From contig OZ252299.1 in NCBI GenBank assembly GCA_965250285.1, forward strand, positions 3,680,001 to 3,744,000: 64,000 nucleotides of DNA, read 5' to 3'. Each line of letters opens with the position of its first letter. Position 1 is the first letter of the stretch. Made by a program: the position numbers and the translations under genes. This DNA is from Myxococcota bacterium. GTDB taxonomy: Bacteria; Myxococcota_A; UBA9160; UBA4427. This document shows, piece by piece, positions 28,055 through 37,048 of the stretch. The notes beneath the pieces were generated by a model. That model saw only the letters and a program-made list of their open reading frames with translations. It had not been told where the DNA came from and did no database searches.

Positions 28055-30052
28055 ATGTATGATTCTCACTCGCCGTCCGATGAAGGCGCGCGCGAGCGGT
28101 CGCCCTTCGAGCATTTTGCAGCGAGCGCCGCCTTCGTCCTGGTCGCGTTCGCGCTCGGCGCATGCGCAAGACCGGCCGACCCGGCCTTCGACGCCAGCGT
28201 GAGCGGCGCAGAAGCGCGACGGGCTCGATCGGCGCCGACGACTCCCGAGACGCGCGGGGTCGACGTGCTCGCCACGGCGGCCTTCGAAGAAGGCGTGCCC
28301 GGGCGCACCTTCCCGGTCGAGGTGACCGTCGCCGGCGGCGATCACGGCGAGCTGCTCTTCGAGTTCAACGAAACGCACTCACCCGGATCGGGCGCGATGT
28401 GGCGCGCCTCGGAGCTCTCGGCCGCGGTCCAGGCAATGCTCGCGACGAGCGTGCCCCCCGAAGGCCTCGAGATCACGTACTCGGTCGAGGGCGACCTCGA
28501 TGGTCCGAGCGCCGGGGCGCTGCTGACGATCGGCCTCATGGCGGCGATGCAGGGGCACGCCCTGCGCCCCGACGTCACGATGACGGGCACGATCAACCCC
28601 GACGGGTCGATCGGTGCCGTCTCGAAGATCCCCGAGAAGGTGGTCGGTGCGGGCAACGAGGGCATGAAGCTCGTGCTGATCCCGGTGGGCACGCGCCGCG
28701 GCCTGGATGGCCAGGGCCCCGACGTCGTCGAGGTGGGGCGTCGAGTCGGTGTCGAGGTGCGCGAGGTCGCCGACATCTACGAGGCCTATGAAGCCATGAC
28801 CGGGGTCGCATTCGTCGGTGCGGGCGAGGCCGACGACGTACCGACGTATGGCGGCGCGTTCGCTCGGCGCTTCGACGAGAAGTCGGCCGAGTGGCGTGCG
28901 CGCTTCGAGCGCAACGAGGTGGCGCTCATCGAGATCGACCCGAAGCTGCTCGCGCGATTCGGCTCGTTCGCGGCGATGGAGCGCGCCCAGGCCGAGCTGA
29001 AGGCCGCGAACCTGCTTCGCGCCGCCGGCCACCACTCGGCGGCCTACAACACGACGGTGACTGCGACGCGCACGATTGCGGCCGCGCGCCTCGTCCCCGA
29101 GGCCCTCGAGCGGCTCGACGAAAGCGGCGCGGCCTCGGTCGAGGCGTGGCTCGAGCGCGGCGGACACGTCGAGCAGGATCTGATCGCAACGCTCACGCGC
29201 ATTCAGCAGGTCGAGCCACGGACCTTCAACGACCTGACCGCGCTTGCGATCATCTACGCAACCCTGCTCGAGGGCTTCTCGCTCGAGCGGAGCGCGGGGC
29301 GGCTGTTCGACCGCGCGCGCGAGCCCGGCCGCTCCGAGGCCGAAGTCGAAGCCCTGCTCGCCGAAGCGGTTCGTCGCGAGGTCGAGGCGGCGGCCTTCAG
29401 CCTCTTCGCGATCGACTACCTCGACTTTCGAGCGGCGCTCGGCGACGGCGGCCGCGCGGTCGAGGTCGACCTCGATCGGGTCGCCGACCTCCTGCTCCAG
29501 GCGGCCGACGCGAACCTGATGCTCTTCGAGTCGATCACGCTCGCGACCCTGGCCCAGGCGAGCGGCCTGCCGCTCGAAGTCATGCGGAAGCGCTTCGAGT
29601 CGCAGTCGCGAACGTACCGCGAGGTCATGGCCGTCGAGGCGTTCCGCTCGCGCATCGATCCTCACATCAGCGATCCGCGACACCGGGCGCTCGCGCGCGT
29701 CGGCCTCGACCTCTGGCGCTACGTCGGCGCCGCCGAGCTGCTTGCCACGCACTACTCGCTGTCGGTGCGGGTCGACCCCGAGACGCTCGCCGTCGAAGCG
29801 TTCGCGGTGACGCCTCCCCTGGTTGCGATGTTCGAGAGCTCACAGAAGCAGATTCACCGCGCGCTCTACGCCATCGACGAGCTCGACATCGATCCGCAGC
29901 TGGTGCTCGCGATCAACGAGGTCGGCATGGAGGCAGCTCGAAGCGCCGCGGCCCTCGGCAACGGCCCGATGATGATGCGCAGTCTGCGGGCGATGTGGAT
30001 CACGCGCGTGATCACCGAGGCCTTCCTGCTGGGTCTCGAACCCGACACCTGA
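28055..30052 (+). CDS. S16 (Lon proteolytic domain) serine protease without AAA+ module, probable lipoprotein
   Basis: DGPSAG Ser with Lys 43 residues later (IPEK), MTGTINPDGSIG; hydrophobic segment ending LGAC; long helical C-terminal region. Confidence 0.78.
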   Translation: MYDSHSPSDEGARERSPFEHFAASAAFVLVAFALGACARPADPAFDASVSGAEARRARSAPTTPETRGVDVLATAAFEEGVPGRTFPVEVTVAGGDHGELLFEFNETHSPGSGAMWRASELSAAVQAMLATSVPPEGLEITYSVEGDLDGPSAGALLTIGLMAAMQGHALRPDVTMTGTINPDGSIGAVSKIPEKVVGAGNEGMKLVLIPVGTRRGLDGQGPDVVEVGRRVGVEVREVADIYEAYEAMTGVAFVGAGEADDVPTYGGAFARRFDEKSAEWRARFERNEVALIEIDPKLLARFGSFAAMERAQAELKAANLLRAAGHHSAAYNTTVTATRTIAAARLVPEALERLDESGAASVEAWLERGGHVEQDLIATLTRIQQVEPRTFNDLTALAIIYATLLEGFSLERSAGRLFDRAREPGRSEAEVEALLAEAVRREVEAAAFSLFAIDYLDFRAALGDGGRAVEVDLDRVADLLLQAADANLMLFESITLATLAQASGLPLEVMRKRFESQSRTYREVMAVEAFRSRIDPHISDPRHRALARVGLDLWRYVGAAELLATHYSLSVRVDPETLAVEAFAVTPPLVAMFESSQKQIHRALYAIDELDIDPQLVLAINEVGMEAARSAAALGNGPMMMRSLRAMWITRVITEAFLLGLEPDT

Positions 30053-30158
30053 ATGGCGATTGAGGGGGGATCGACCCATACGCGTGTGCCACACCGTCGG
30101 CGTGCCGGTTACTCTGACCCGAAGCGCGTGCGAGCCCGACGCGAGGGAGGAGCGCCTC

Positions 30159-31787
30159 ATGAACCGCATCGTCTGCATCACGGCGGCCCTGGCCGCGCTC
30201 TCGCTGGGCGGCTGTGCCGAGCGTGAGGAGGACACGCCCGCCGCGCAACCGACACCGGATGTGGTGGTGCTCGCGACCGGCGCCGAGATCTCGGGCGCGA
30301 ATGGCATGCATTTCTCACCCGATGGTCGACTCTTCGTCGCTTCCGTCACCGGCTCCGAACTCGTCGTGCTCGACCCCGACACCGGTGCAGTGCTCGAGCG
30401 ACTCGCCGACGGCATCGATGGTCCGGACGACGTCGCCTTCAACGCAGACGGCGACTTCTACTGGACGTCGATCCTGACGGGCGAAGTCGCGGGCATGACC
30501 GCCGACGGCGAGCGCATCCAGGCCGCGTCGCTGACCCCCGGCGTCAACCCGATCACGTTCTCGCCCGACGGACGTCTCTTCGTCTCGCAGTGCTTCTTCG
30601 ACGACAAGCTCTATGAGGTCGATCCACGCGGTGTCGACCCGCCGCGGCTCCTGTCGGACACGCTCGGCCCCGGCTGCGGCCTGAACGGCATGGACTGGGG
30701 CCCCGACGATCGTCTCTACGGCCCGCGCTGGTTCCAGCAGTCGGTCGTGAGCTTCGACGTGGACGAGCTCGACATGCGCGTCGAAGCGAGCGGGTTCGCT
30801 GTGCCGGCCGCGGTCAAGTTCGACTCGCAGGGCCGACTGCACGTCCTCGATACGGGCAAGGGCGCGGTCGTTCGAGTCGATGGCGACGACCAGACCGTCG
30901 TCGCTCAGCTGGCACCCGGCCTCGACAACTTCGCCTTCGACGAGAACGATCGACTCTTCGTCTCGAGCTTCGTCGATGGCGCGGTGTGGCGCGTCGAGCC
31001 CGATGGTGAAGCGGTCGCCCTCGTGCCGCCGGGCATGGCGCATCCGGGCGGGATCGCAGCCGTGCGGAAGGAAGACGGCATCCAGGTCTTCGTGGGCGAC
31101 CTGCACGCCTTGCGGGTCTTCGACGGCACGACGGGCGACCTCGAGTTCGTCGAGCGGAACGTCCTGGGCGTCGGCGAGCTCGGGTCGGTGCTGTCGATTT
31201 CGCGCGACGGCGACCGTCTGATCCTGGCGTCGTTCACCGACGGCGACGTTCGAATCTTCGATCCGGCGACACGGCAGGTGGTCGAGCGATTCGATGGTCT
31301 GACGATGCCCGTGAGCGCTGTCCGCTATGGCCCGATGCTCGTCGTGGCCGAGCACGGGTCGGGCAGCGTGCGCGTCGTCGACGGTGGGCCGGCCGAGACG
31401 CTCGCCCAGGGCCTCCCCGCACCGACCGCTCTGCTCACCGATGGTGAACGCCTCTGGGTCAGCGACCGCGAGCTCGGCCAGGTGCTCCGAATCGCCGAGG
31501 GGGGCGCCGCGATCGAGCCCGTCGTCGAAGCCGAAGGGCTCGCTGCACCCGAGGGCCTCGCGCTCTGGGGCGAGCGACTGCTCGTTCGCGAGGGAGAGTC
31601 GGGGCAGGTGTTCGAGATCGGGGGCGAAGAGCCTCGGCTGCTCGTCACGCTCGGCGCAGGCTCGCCTGCCGCGGGCGCAGCGCAGCCGCCCAGCATGATC
31701 GTGAACGACATCGACGTGGTTGGCGACGTGCTGTTCGGCACCAATGAAGGGCGCCGTGAGCTGGTGCGCGTTGAGCTCGCGGACTGA
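30159..31787 (+). CDS. Beta-propeller lipoprotein (SMP-30/gluconolactonase/NHL-like)
   Basis: Lipobox LGGC; repeated G....F.PDGRLFV, GPDDVAF, GLDNFAFD units; GGAGG RBS. Confidence 0.78.
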   Translation: MNRIVCITAALAALSLGGCAEREEDTPAAQPTPDVVVLATGAEISGANGMHFSPDGRLFVASVTGSELVVLDPDTGAVLERLADGIDGPDDVAFNADGDFYWTSILTGEVAGMTADGERIQAASLTPGVNPITFSPDGRLFVSQCFFDDKLYEVDPRGVDPPRLLSDTLGPGCGLNGMDWGPDDRLYGPRWFQQSVVSFDVDELDMRVEASGFAVPAAVKFDSQGRLHVLDTGKGAVVRVDGDDQTVVAQLAPGLDNFAFDENDRLFVSSFVDGAVWRVEPDGEAVALVPPGMAHPGGIAAVRKEDGIQVFVGDLHALRVFDGTTGDLEFVERNVLGVGELGSVLSISRDGDRLILASFTDGDVRIFDPATRQVVERFDGLTMPVSAVRYGPMLVVAEHGSGSVRVVDGGPAETLAQGLPAPTALLTDGERLWVSDRELGQVLRIAEGGAAIEPVVEAEGLAAPEGLALWGERLLVREGESGQVFEIGGEEPRLLVTLGAGSPAAGAAQPPSMIVNDIDVVGDVLFGTNEGRRELVRVELAD

Positions 31788-31811
31788 GGGCATGCGAATG
31801 GCCGCGCGGCG

Positions 31812-32771
31812 TCAACGCATCCTCAGGTCTCCGAAGTAGAACCGAGCCACCTCGTTCAGCACGTCGGCACGCTCCCATTGAAGGAAGTGCCCGGCTTCGG
31901 GCACGACGAGCGGGCCCGTTCGATTCGGAAACGCGATCTCGCACTTCTTCGCGAAGTCACGCGGGACGACGTGATCGTCAGGGCCGTACAGGATCAGCGT
32001 CGGGGTCTCGGTCTTCTGCATGACCATGGGCATCTCACGCATCGGCCGACCAAAGCCGAGCTGGTACACCGCCCAGCTCGCCTCGAGATGATCGATATCC
32101 TCGAAGGGCTCGCACATGAACGCATAGTCCTCTTCCGCGAATGCGCCCTCCGACGCCCAGAGCCTGTGCTCGTAGAAGTCGCGCACGTAGCGATGACAGC
32201 GCTCGGGGGTGTCGAGCTCGGCGCGGAGTGCAGCCGGGTCCCGCCCCTGTCGCACGCGGTAGTCGCCCGTCGGGCCCTCTTCGAGGGGCGCCATCGTGAG
32301 TCCGTGCGCGGCGTACCACTCGGCTTCTTCCGGCACGATCGGGGCCGCGGTGTTGAAGAGAATCATGCGGTCGACGAAGCCGGGGAATCGATTCGCCAGA
32401 TCGACGATGACCATCCCGCCGACGTCGCCCGCGACGAGGCCGACACGCTCGTGGCCGAGGATCTCGTGCGCGAGCGTGTGCACATCGCGTGAGTAGAAGA
32501 CGAGGTCGTACTCGTCCTTCGACGAGAGATCGGAGTCGCCGTAGCCGCGAAGATCGGGAACGATCACCTCGTAGCCGGCTTCGACGAGCGGGCGGATGTT
32601 GCGCCACCAGATCCGCTTCGTCTCGGGATACCCGTGCAGCAGAACGAGCGGATAGCCACCCACACCCTCACGTACGTATGCGATTCGAAGGTCGGGCTCG
32701 ACCTCGGCGAAGTGGATCTCGAACGCATCGGGGGCAGGCGTTTCGGGCTGCGCGGGGCGCGGAGCGCTCAT
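31812..32771 (-). CDS. Alpha/beta hydrolase, epoxide hydrolase/haloacetate dehalogenase-like
   Basis: HGYPET, PDLRGYGDS, GDVGG (Asp nucleophile), AGHFLQWE. Confidence 0.85.
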   Translation of the reverse strand: MSAPRPAQPETPAPDAFEIHFAEVEPDLRIAYVREGVGGYPLVLLHGYPETKRIWWRNIRPLVEAGYEVIVPDLRGYGDSDLSSKDEYDLVFYSRDVHTLAHEILGHERVGLVAGDVGGMVIVDLANRFPGFVDRMILFNTAAPIVPEEAEWYAAHGLTMAPLEEGPTGDYRVRQGRDPAALRAELDTPERCHRYVRDFYEHRLWASEGAFAEEDYAFMCEPFEDIDHLEASWAVYQLGFGRPMREMPMVMQKTETPTLILYGPDDHVVPRDFAKKCEIAFPNRTGPLVVPEAGHFLQWERADVLNEVARFYFGDLRMR

Positions 32772-33206
32772 CTTGGATCCCTCTCATGGGTTGTGCGTCG
32801 AACATCGAACACGCGGGGTCGCTCGCCGGCTGCCGAACCGGCCTCGATTCGCGGCGAGACTTCGACGCGATCGAGCGATGGCGTAGCGCGGATACGCGGG
32901 CGTGCACGTCGACCAACGTGATGATCGCGCCGGGCCCGGGCCGGCAGAGGGTGCGCTCCACCACAGTCGATGCGCCGGTCTTCGCACGGCGAAGCCGCGG
33001 CCTCTCTTTCGGCGGCGCGGCGCGGACCGCACGGCGCTTCGAGCGCTCGCGGACGCCACGCGCGTTCGCCCATTCGGGCGGAACAAGTGACGCAGAGCAC
33101 CAAACAGCCGGGCCCGGCGGGTGCGATCCTTTCCTATTGTCCCGGTGTCACAATGACCGCCTCGGCTATGGGGCGCTCCGCAGATGGGCGATGAACTCGC
33201 GACAGA

Positions 33207-33821
33207 ATGAAGATGACCTTACGGCCCCCCCGCCTTCGCGCCCTCGCCTATTCGGCACTCGTCTGCTTGCTGCCTGCGTGCACGCTGTTCTCTGGCGGCG
33301 CGCCGCCGCCGGAACCCGTCGTTGAGCCACTGCCGCCGCCGACGCGTGTCGTTTGTGCCGAGCCCGTCCCGCCCGCGGTGAAGGAGACCGGCCCTCTGAC
33401 GATCGGTGCCACCGAGCGCGTGATCCTCCAACCAGAGGGGATCGCGTTCGAGGCGCGCATCGACACGGGGGCGGAGACCTCTTCGATGGGTGCGGCCAAC
33501 ATCACCGAGTTCGAACGCGACGGGAAGACCTGGGTGAGCTTCGATGTGACCGGTCAGGGCGGCACGACCGAAGAGATCAAGCGACCCGTCGTGCGCTTCG
33601 CCCGGATCAAGGTGCATCGCGGTGAGCCCGACCGCCGTCCGGTCGTCAAGCTTCGCGTGATGCTCGGCCCGCTGGAAGAGATGCGTGAGTTCACGCTCGC
33701 CGATCGTTCCCAGTACGAGTATCCGGTGCTGATCGGGCGCAACTTCATCCGCGACAACGCCCTGGTGGACGTCAGTCGCGAGAACACGCAGCGCCCCGCT
33801 CGCCGCAGCGAGAGCCGGTAG
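33207..33821 (+). CDS. Retropepsin-like aspartic peptidase (so-called ATP-dependent zinc protease / RimB-like), lipoprotein
   Basis: Lipobox-like LPAC; ARIDTGAETSS, RRPVV, EFTLADRS...YPVLIGRNF. Confidence 0.85.
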   Translation: MKMTLRPPRLRALAYSALVCLLPACTLFSGGAPPPEPVVEPLPPPTRVVCAEPVPPAVKETGPLTIGATERVILQPEGIAFEARIDTGAETSSMGAANITEFERDGKTWVSFDVTGQGGTTEEIKRPVVRFARIKVHRGEPDRRPVVKLRVMLGPLEEMREFTLADRSQYEYPVLIGRNFIRDNALVDVSRENTQRPARRSESR

Positions 33822-33827
33822 CACACG

Positions 33828-35372
33828 GTGTCCCCCCGCCTTCAGCTCTCGGTGGTGATCGCGCTGTTGGTGGCGCTCGGTTCGGGGCTCGCGATCTACA
33901 AGAGCCGCGTGCTGGGGTTTCCCTTCGTCCCGGGTGAGGCGACCCGTGTCTTCGTGGCCGAGGCGAAGATCGAGTTCGAGGCGGAGGGGAAGCCCGTCCT
34001 GGTCTCGTTCGCGCTGCCCGAAGACACGCGCACGCTTCGCGTCACCGACGCGAACTTTGCATCGCCCGGCTACGGCTTCTTGCGACAGAAGATCTCGGGT
34101 GACAGCCGCGGCGTGTGGAGCAAGCGCGAAGCCAGCGGCTCGCAGACGCTCTACTACCAGGCGCACGTCTTTGCGTCGCCCGGCAACCCGCCAGCCGACG
34201 ACGAAGAGGCGCCGCCGACGCCAGAGCCGCCCTTCTTCGAAGAGCCGCAGAAGACGGCCGCGCGCGCCGTCGTCGATGCCGCGTACAACCGGTCGGCCTC
34301 ACCCGAGACGCTCGCCGGCGATCTCATGCGTCGGCTCAACGAAGCGGCGCCTTCTCAGAACGTCGAGCTGCTCGTGGGCGACGTCGAGACGGCGGAGCAG
34401 CAGGTCGCGCTCGAGGTCAAGCTGCTCGCCCTGGCCGAGATCTCGGCGCGGGTCGTCCGCGGGATCCAGCTCGAAGACGGCCGCCGACGCCAGAAGCTCG
34501 TCGAGTGGCTCGAGATCTGGAACGGCGACGAGTGGGTCCCCGTCGACCCCGAGACGGGTCAGCTCGGCTTTCCGCCGAGCTTCCTGCCCTGGCAGCGGGG
34601 CGGAGAGTCGTTGCTCGACGTCACCGGTGGCCACGGATCGAGCGTCCGCTTCTCGACCCTCTCCGAGCTGCGGCCCGCGCGTGCGACGGCGGTCTCGATC
34701 GGCGCGAGAGAGCACGCCGCGCTCGTCGACTTCTCGATCTACAGCCTCCCGATCGAAGACCAGAACGCCTTCAAGCTGCTCCTCCTCGTGCCCATGGGCG
34801 CCCTGGTGGTCGTCGTCATGCGTAACCTGATCGGCGTGCGGACGAGCGGGACGTTCATGCCGATCCTCATCGCCCTGGCCTTCATTCAGACGACGCTGGT
34901 CACGGGCCTCGTGCTCTTCGTGTTGATCGTGTCGATCGGCCTGCTGATCCGCGCGTATCTCTCGCGCCTCGACCTACTACTCGTGCCGCGCATCGCGGCC
35001 ATCGTGATCGTCGTGATCCTGCTCTTCGGTGCGTTCGCCATCGTGAGCCACAAGCTCCAGCTCGAGGGCGGCCTGCGCGTGACCTTCTTCCCGATGATCA
35101 TCATGGCGTGGACGATCGAGCGCATGAGCGTGCTCTGGGACGAGGACGGCCCGGTCGAGGTGCTGGTGCAGGGGTCGGGCAGCCTGGTCGTGGCGACGCT
35201 CGCCTACCTGGTCATGGTGAACCGCTACGTCGCACACCTCACCTATTCGTTCCCCGAGCTGCTCCTGGTGGTCCTGGCGCTGATCCTCGCGATCGGCCAG
35301 TACACGGGCTACCGGCTCACCGAGCTGCGGCGCTTCGAGCCCCTCGTGCGCGAGGGCGACTCGCCGTCATGA
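33828..35372 (+). CDS. Inactive transglutaminase family protein with 7TM C-terminal domain
   Basis: L.DGRRRQ, DFSIYSLP, G..TSGTFMPILIA, LLLVPR, FFPMIIMAWTIER, GQYTGYRLTEL.RF. Confidence 0.88.
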   Translation: MSPRLQLSVVIALLVALGSGLAIYKSRVLGFPFVPGEATRVFVAEAKIEFEAEGKPVLVSFALPEDTRTLRVTDANFASPGYGFLRQKISGDSRGVWSKREASGSQTLYYQAHVFASPGNPPADDEEAPPTPEPPFFEEPQKTAARAVVDAAYNRSASPETLAGDLMRRLNEAAPSQNVELLVGDVETAEQQVALEVKLLALAEISARVVRGIQLEDGRRRQKLVEWLEIWNGDEWVPVDPETGQLGFPPSFLPWQRGGESLLDVTGGHGSSVRFSTLSELRPARATAVSIGAREHAALVDFSIYSLPIEDQNAFKLLLLVPMGALVVVVMRNLIGVRTSGTFMPILIALAFIQTTLVTGLVLFVLIVSIGLLIRAYLSRLDLLLVPRIAAIVIVVILLFGAFAIVSHKLQLEGGLRVTFFPMIIMAWTIERMSVLWDEDGPVEVLVQGSGSLVVATLAYLVMVNRYVAHLTYSFPELLLVVLALILAIGQYTGYRLTELRRFEPLVREGDSPS

Positions 35373-36316
35373 GCCTCTTTGCATGGCCGCGGCAGCTGCG
35401 CGAGTTCGGGGTGCTCGGCATGAACGCCCGCAACGTTCGGTACATCGCGCGGCACAACCCGCGTCCCCTCTACCCGCGCGTCGATGACAAGCTCGAGACG
35501 AAGCGGTTGGCCGAAGATGCCGATCTCGCCGTGCCGAAGCTGCTCGGCGTCGTCCGCTATCAGCATCAGGTCCGTGAGCTGCCCGGCTTTCTCGAAGGCC
35601 TCGACCAGTTCGTGATCAAGCCGGCGAAGGGGGCAGCGGGCAAGGGCATCCTCGTGGTGCAGGGAAGGCAGGACGGGCTGTACCAGAAGCCGAGCGGCGC
35701 GCTGGTCGGCGAGCAGGACGTGGCTCGGCACGTCACGAGCATCCTCGCCGGGCTCTTCAGCCTGGGCGGCAAGCCCGACGTCGCGATGGTCGAATCGCTC
35801 GTCCACCTCGCGCCCACCTTCGACGGCTACTCCTACCAGGGCGTGCCCGACATTCGAACCGTCGTCTTTCGGGGCTACCCGGTCATGGCGATGGTGCGCC
35901 TCTCGACCGAGGCTTCGGATGGTCGAGCCAACCTGCACCAGGGCGCCGTCGGCGTGGGGCTCGACATCGCCACCGGACGAACCCTTCGGGCCGTGCAGGG
36001 AGGCCAACCGGTCGACGCGCATCCCGACACCGGGAGCGCGTTCGGGAAGCTCGAGATTCCGCACTGGCGTGAGCTGCTCGTGCTGGCCAGCCAATGCTTC
36101 GACGTCACGGGCCTGGGCTTTCTTGGCGTCGACATCGTGCTCGACGCGCATCGAGGCCCGCTCATTCTCGAGCTGAATGCGCGCCCGGGCCTCGCGATCC
36201 AGGTCGCCAACCGCGCGGGCCTCGCGCCCCGGCTGCGCGACATCGAGCGCCTCGACGAGATTGCGAAGCGGCCCGAGGCGCGGGTCGACTACGCGGTGCG
36301 GCGCTGGGGCGCCTGA
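35369..36316 (+). CDS. Alpha-L-glutamate ligase-like ATP-grasp protein (RimK-related)
   Basis: GMNARN..YI..HN.R..YP.VDDK, FVIKPAKG..GKGI, GVPDIR, ANLHQG, LELNARPGL.IQ.AN. Confidence 0.9.
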   Translation: MSLFAWPRQLREFGVLGMNARNVRYIARHNPRPLYPRVDDKLETKRLAEDADLAVPKLLGVVRYQHQVRELPGFLEGLDQFVIKPAKGAAGKGILVVQGRQDGLYQKPSGALVGEQDVARHVTSILAGLFSLGGKPDVAMVESLVHLAPTFDGYSYQGVPDIRTVVFRGYPVMAMVRLSTEASDGRANLHQGAVGVGLDIATGRTLRAVQGGQPVDAHPDTGSAFGKLEIPHWRELLVLASQCFDVTGLGFLGVDIVLDAHRGPLILELNARPGLAIQVANRAGLAPRLRDIERLDEIAKRPEARVDYAVRRWGA

Positions 36317-36411
36317 GCGAGCGTCCTCGTCGGGCGCGCTCCGGCCGAGCTGTCTCGCCCCCTCCAATCGACGGATCGACCTGTAACAATTCGATATTCC
36401 TCAAGTAAATA

Positions 36412-36437
36412 AAATACATACATCGATGAATAAATTT
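36412..36437. promoter_or_regulatory. Probable TetR operator/promoter
   Basis: Imperfect palindrome AAATACATACATCGATGAATAAATTT (10 of 13 pairs) in a strongly AT-rich patch just upstream of tetR. Confidence 0.6.
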
Positions 36438-36451
36438 GCTACCGTGCCGTC

Positions 36452-37048
36452 ATGCAGCGACGCACTCAGGCACAGCGATCGGCAGCGACCCGCGAGGCCC
36501 TCGTCGAGGCGACGCTCGATCTGCTGGTCGATCACGGCTGGGCGGGCGTCACATCGGTCGCGGTCTGCGCGCGCGCAGGCCTGACCCGCGGCGCCTTCGT
36601 GCATCACTTCGATGGGCTGCCCGCGCTGTTCGCCGCCGCGCTCGAGCACCGCTACGCCGCGCTCGCCGAAGCCGCGACGGCGCGTCCAACCCCGGCGTCG
36701 ATCACCGATCTGGTGACGTTCACGTGGGAGTCGATGACGACGATCGACTTCAAGGTCGTCATCGAAGCCTGGCTCGCGGCTGCCAACGACGAGGCCCTCG
36801 GTGAAGCCATCGGCCCCGTGATCGAGCGCTTCGCCAAGCTGGTCCATCCCGAGCAGCAGTCGGTTCTGCTGAGCGACGAGAGCGCCCAGGCGTTCTTCTT
36901 GCTCGCGCGCGAGAGCATGCTCGGGCTCTCACTCGGGCGCGCCACCAATCGGGCGCCGCTCGCCCACGAGGCCCGCGTGCTCGAGCAGCTGCACCGGCTC
37001 GCAGACCAACACGACGCCCGACTCGGGCACGAAGGAGCCCAATCGTGA
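36452..37048 (+). CDS. TetR/AcrR family transcriptional regulator
   Basis: RRTQAQRS..TR..L..AT, VCARAGLTRGAFVHHF; GTGA overlap with the next gene. Confidence 0.88.
   Translation: MQRRTQAQRSAATREALVEATLDLLVDHGWAGVTSVAVCARAGLTRGAFVHHFDGLPALFAAALEHRYAALAEAATARPTPASITDLVTFTWESMTTIDFKVVIEAWLAAANDEALGEAIGPVIERFAKLVHPEQQSVLLSDESAQAFFLLARESMLGLSLGRATNRAPLAHEARVLEQLHRLADQHDARLGHEGAQS

Noticed and set aside
32772..33206. Long intergenic region as a riboswitch or sRNA
   Set aside because: No recognisable aptamer consensus by eye; an Rfam scan would be needed
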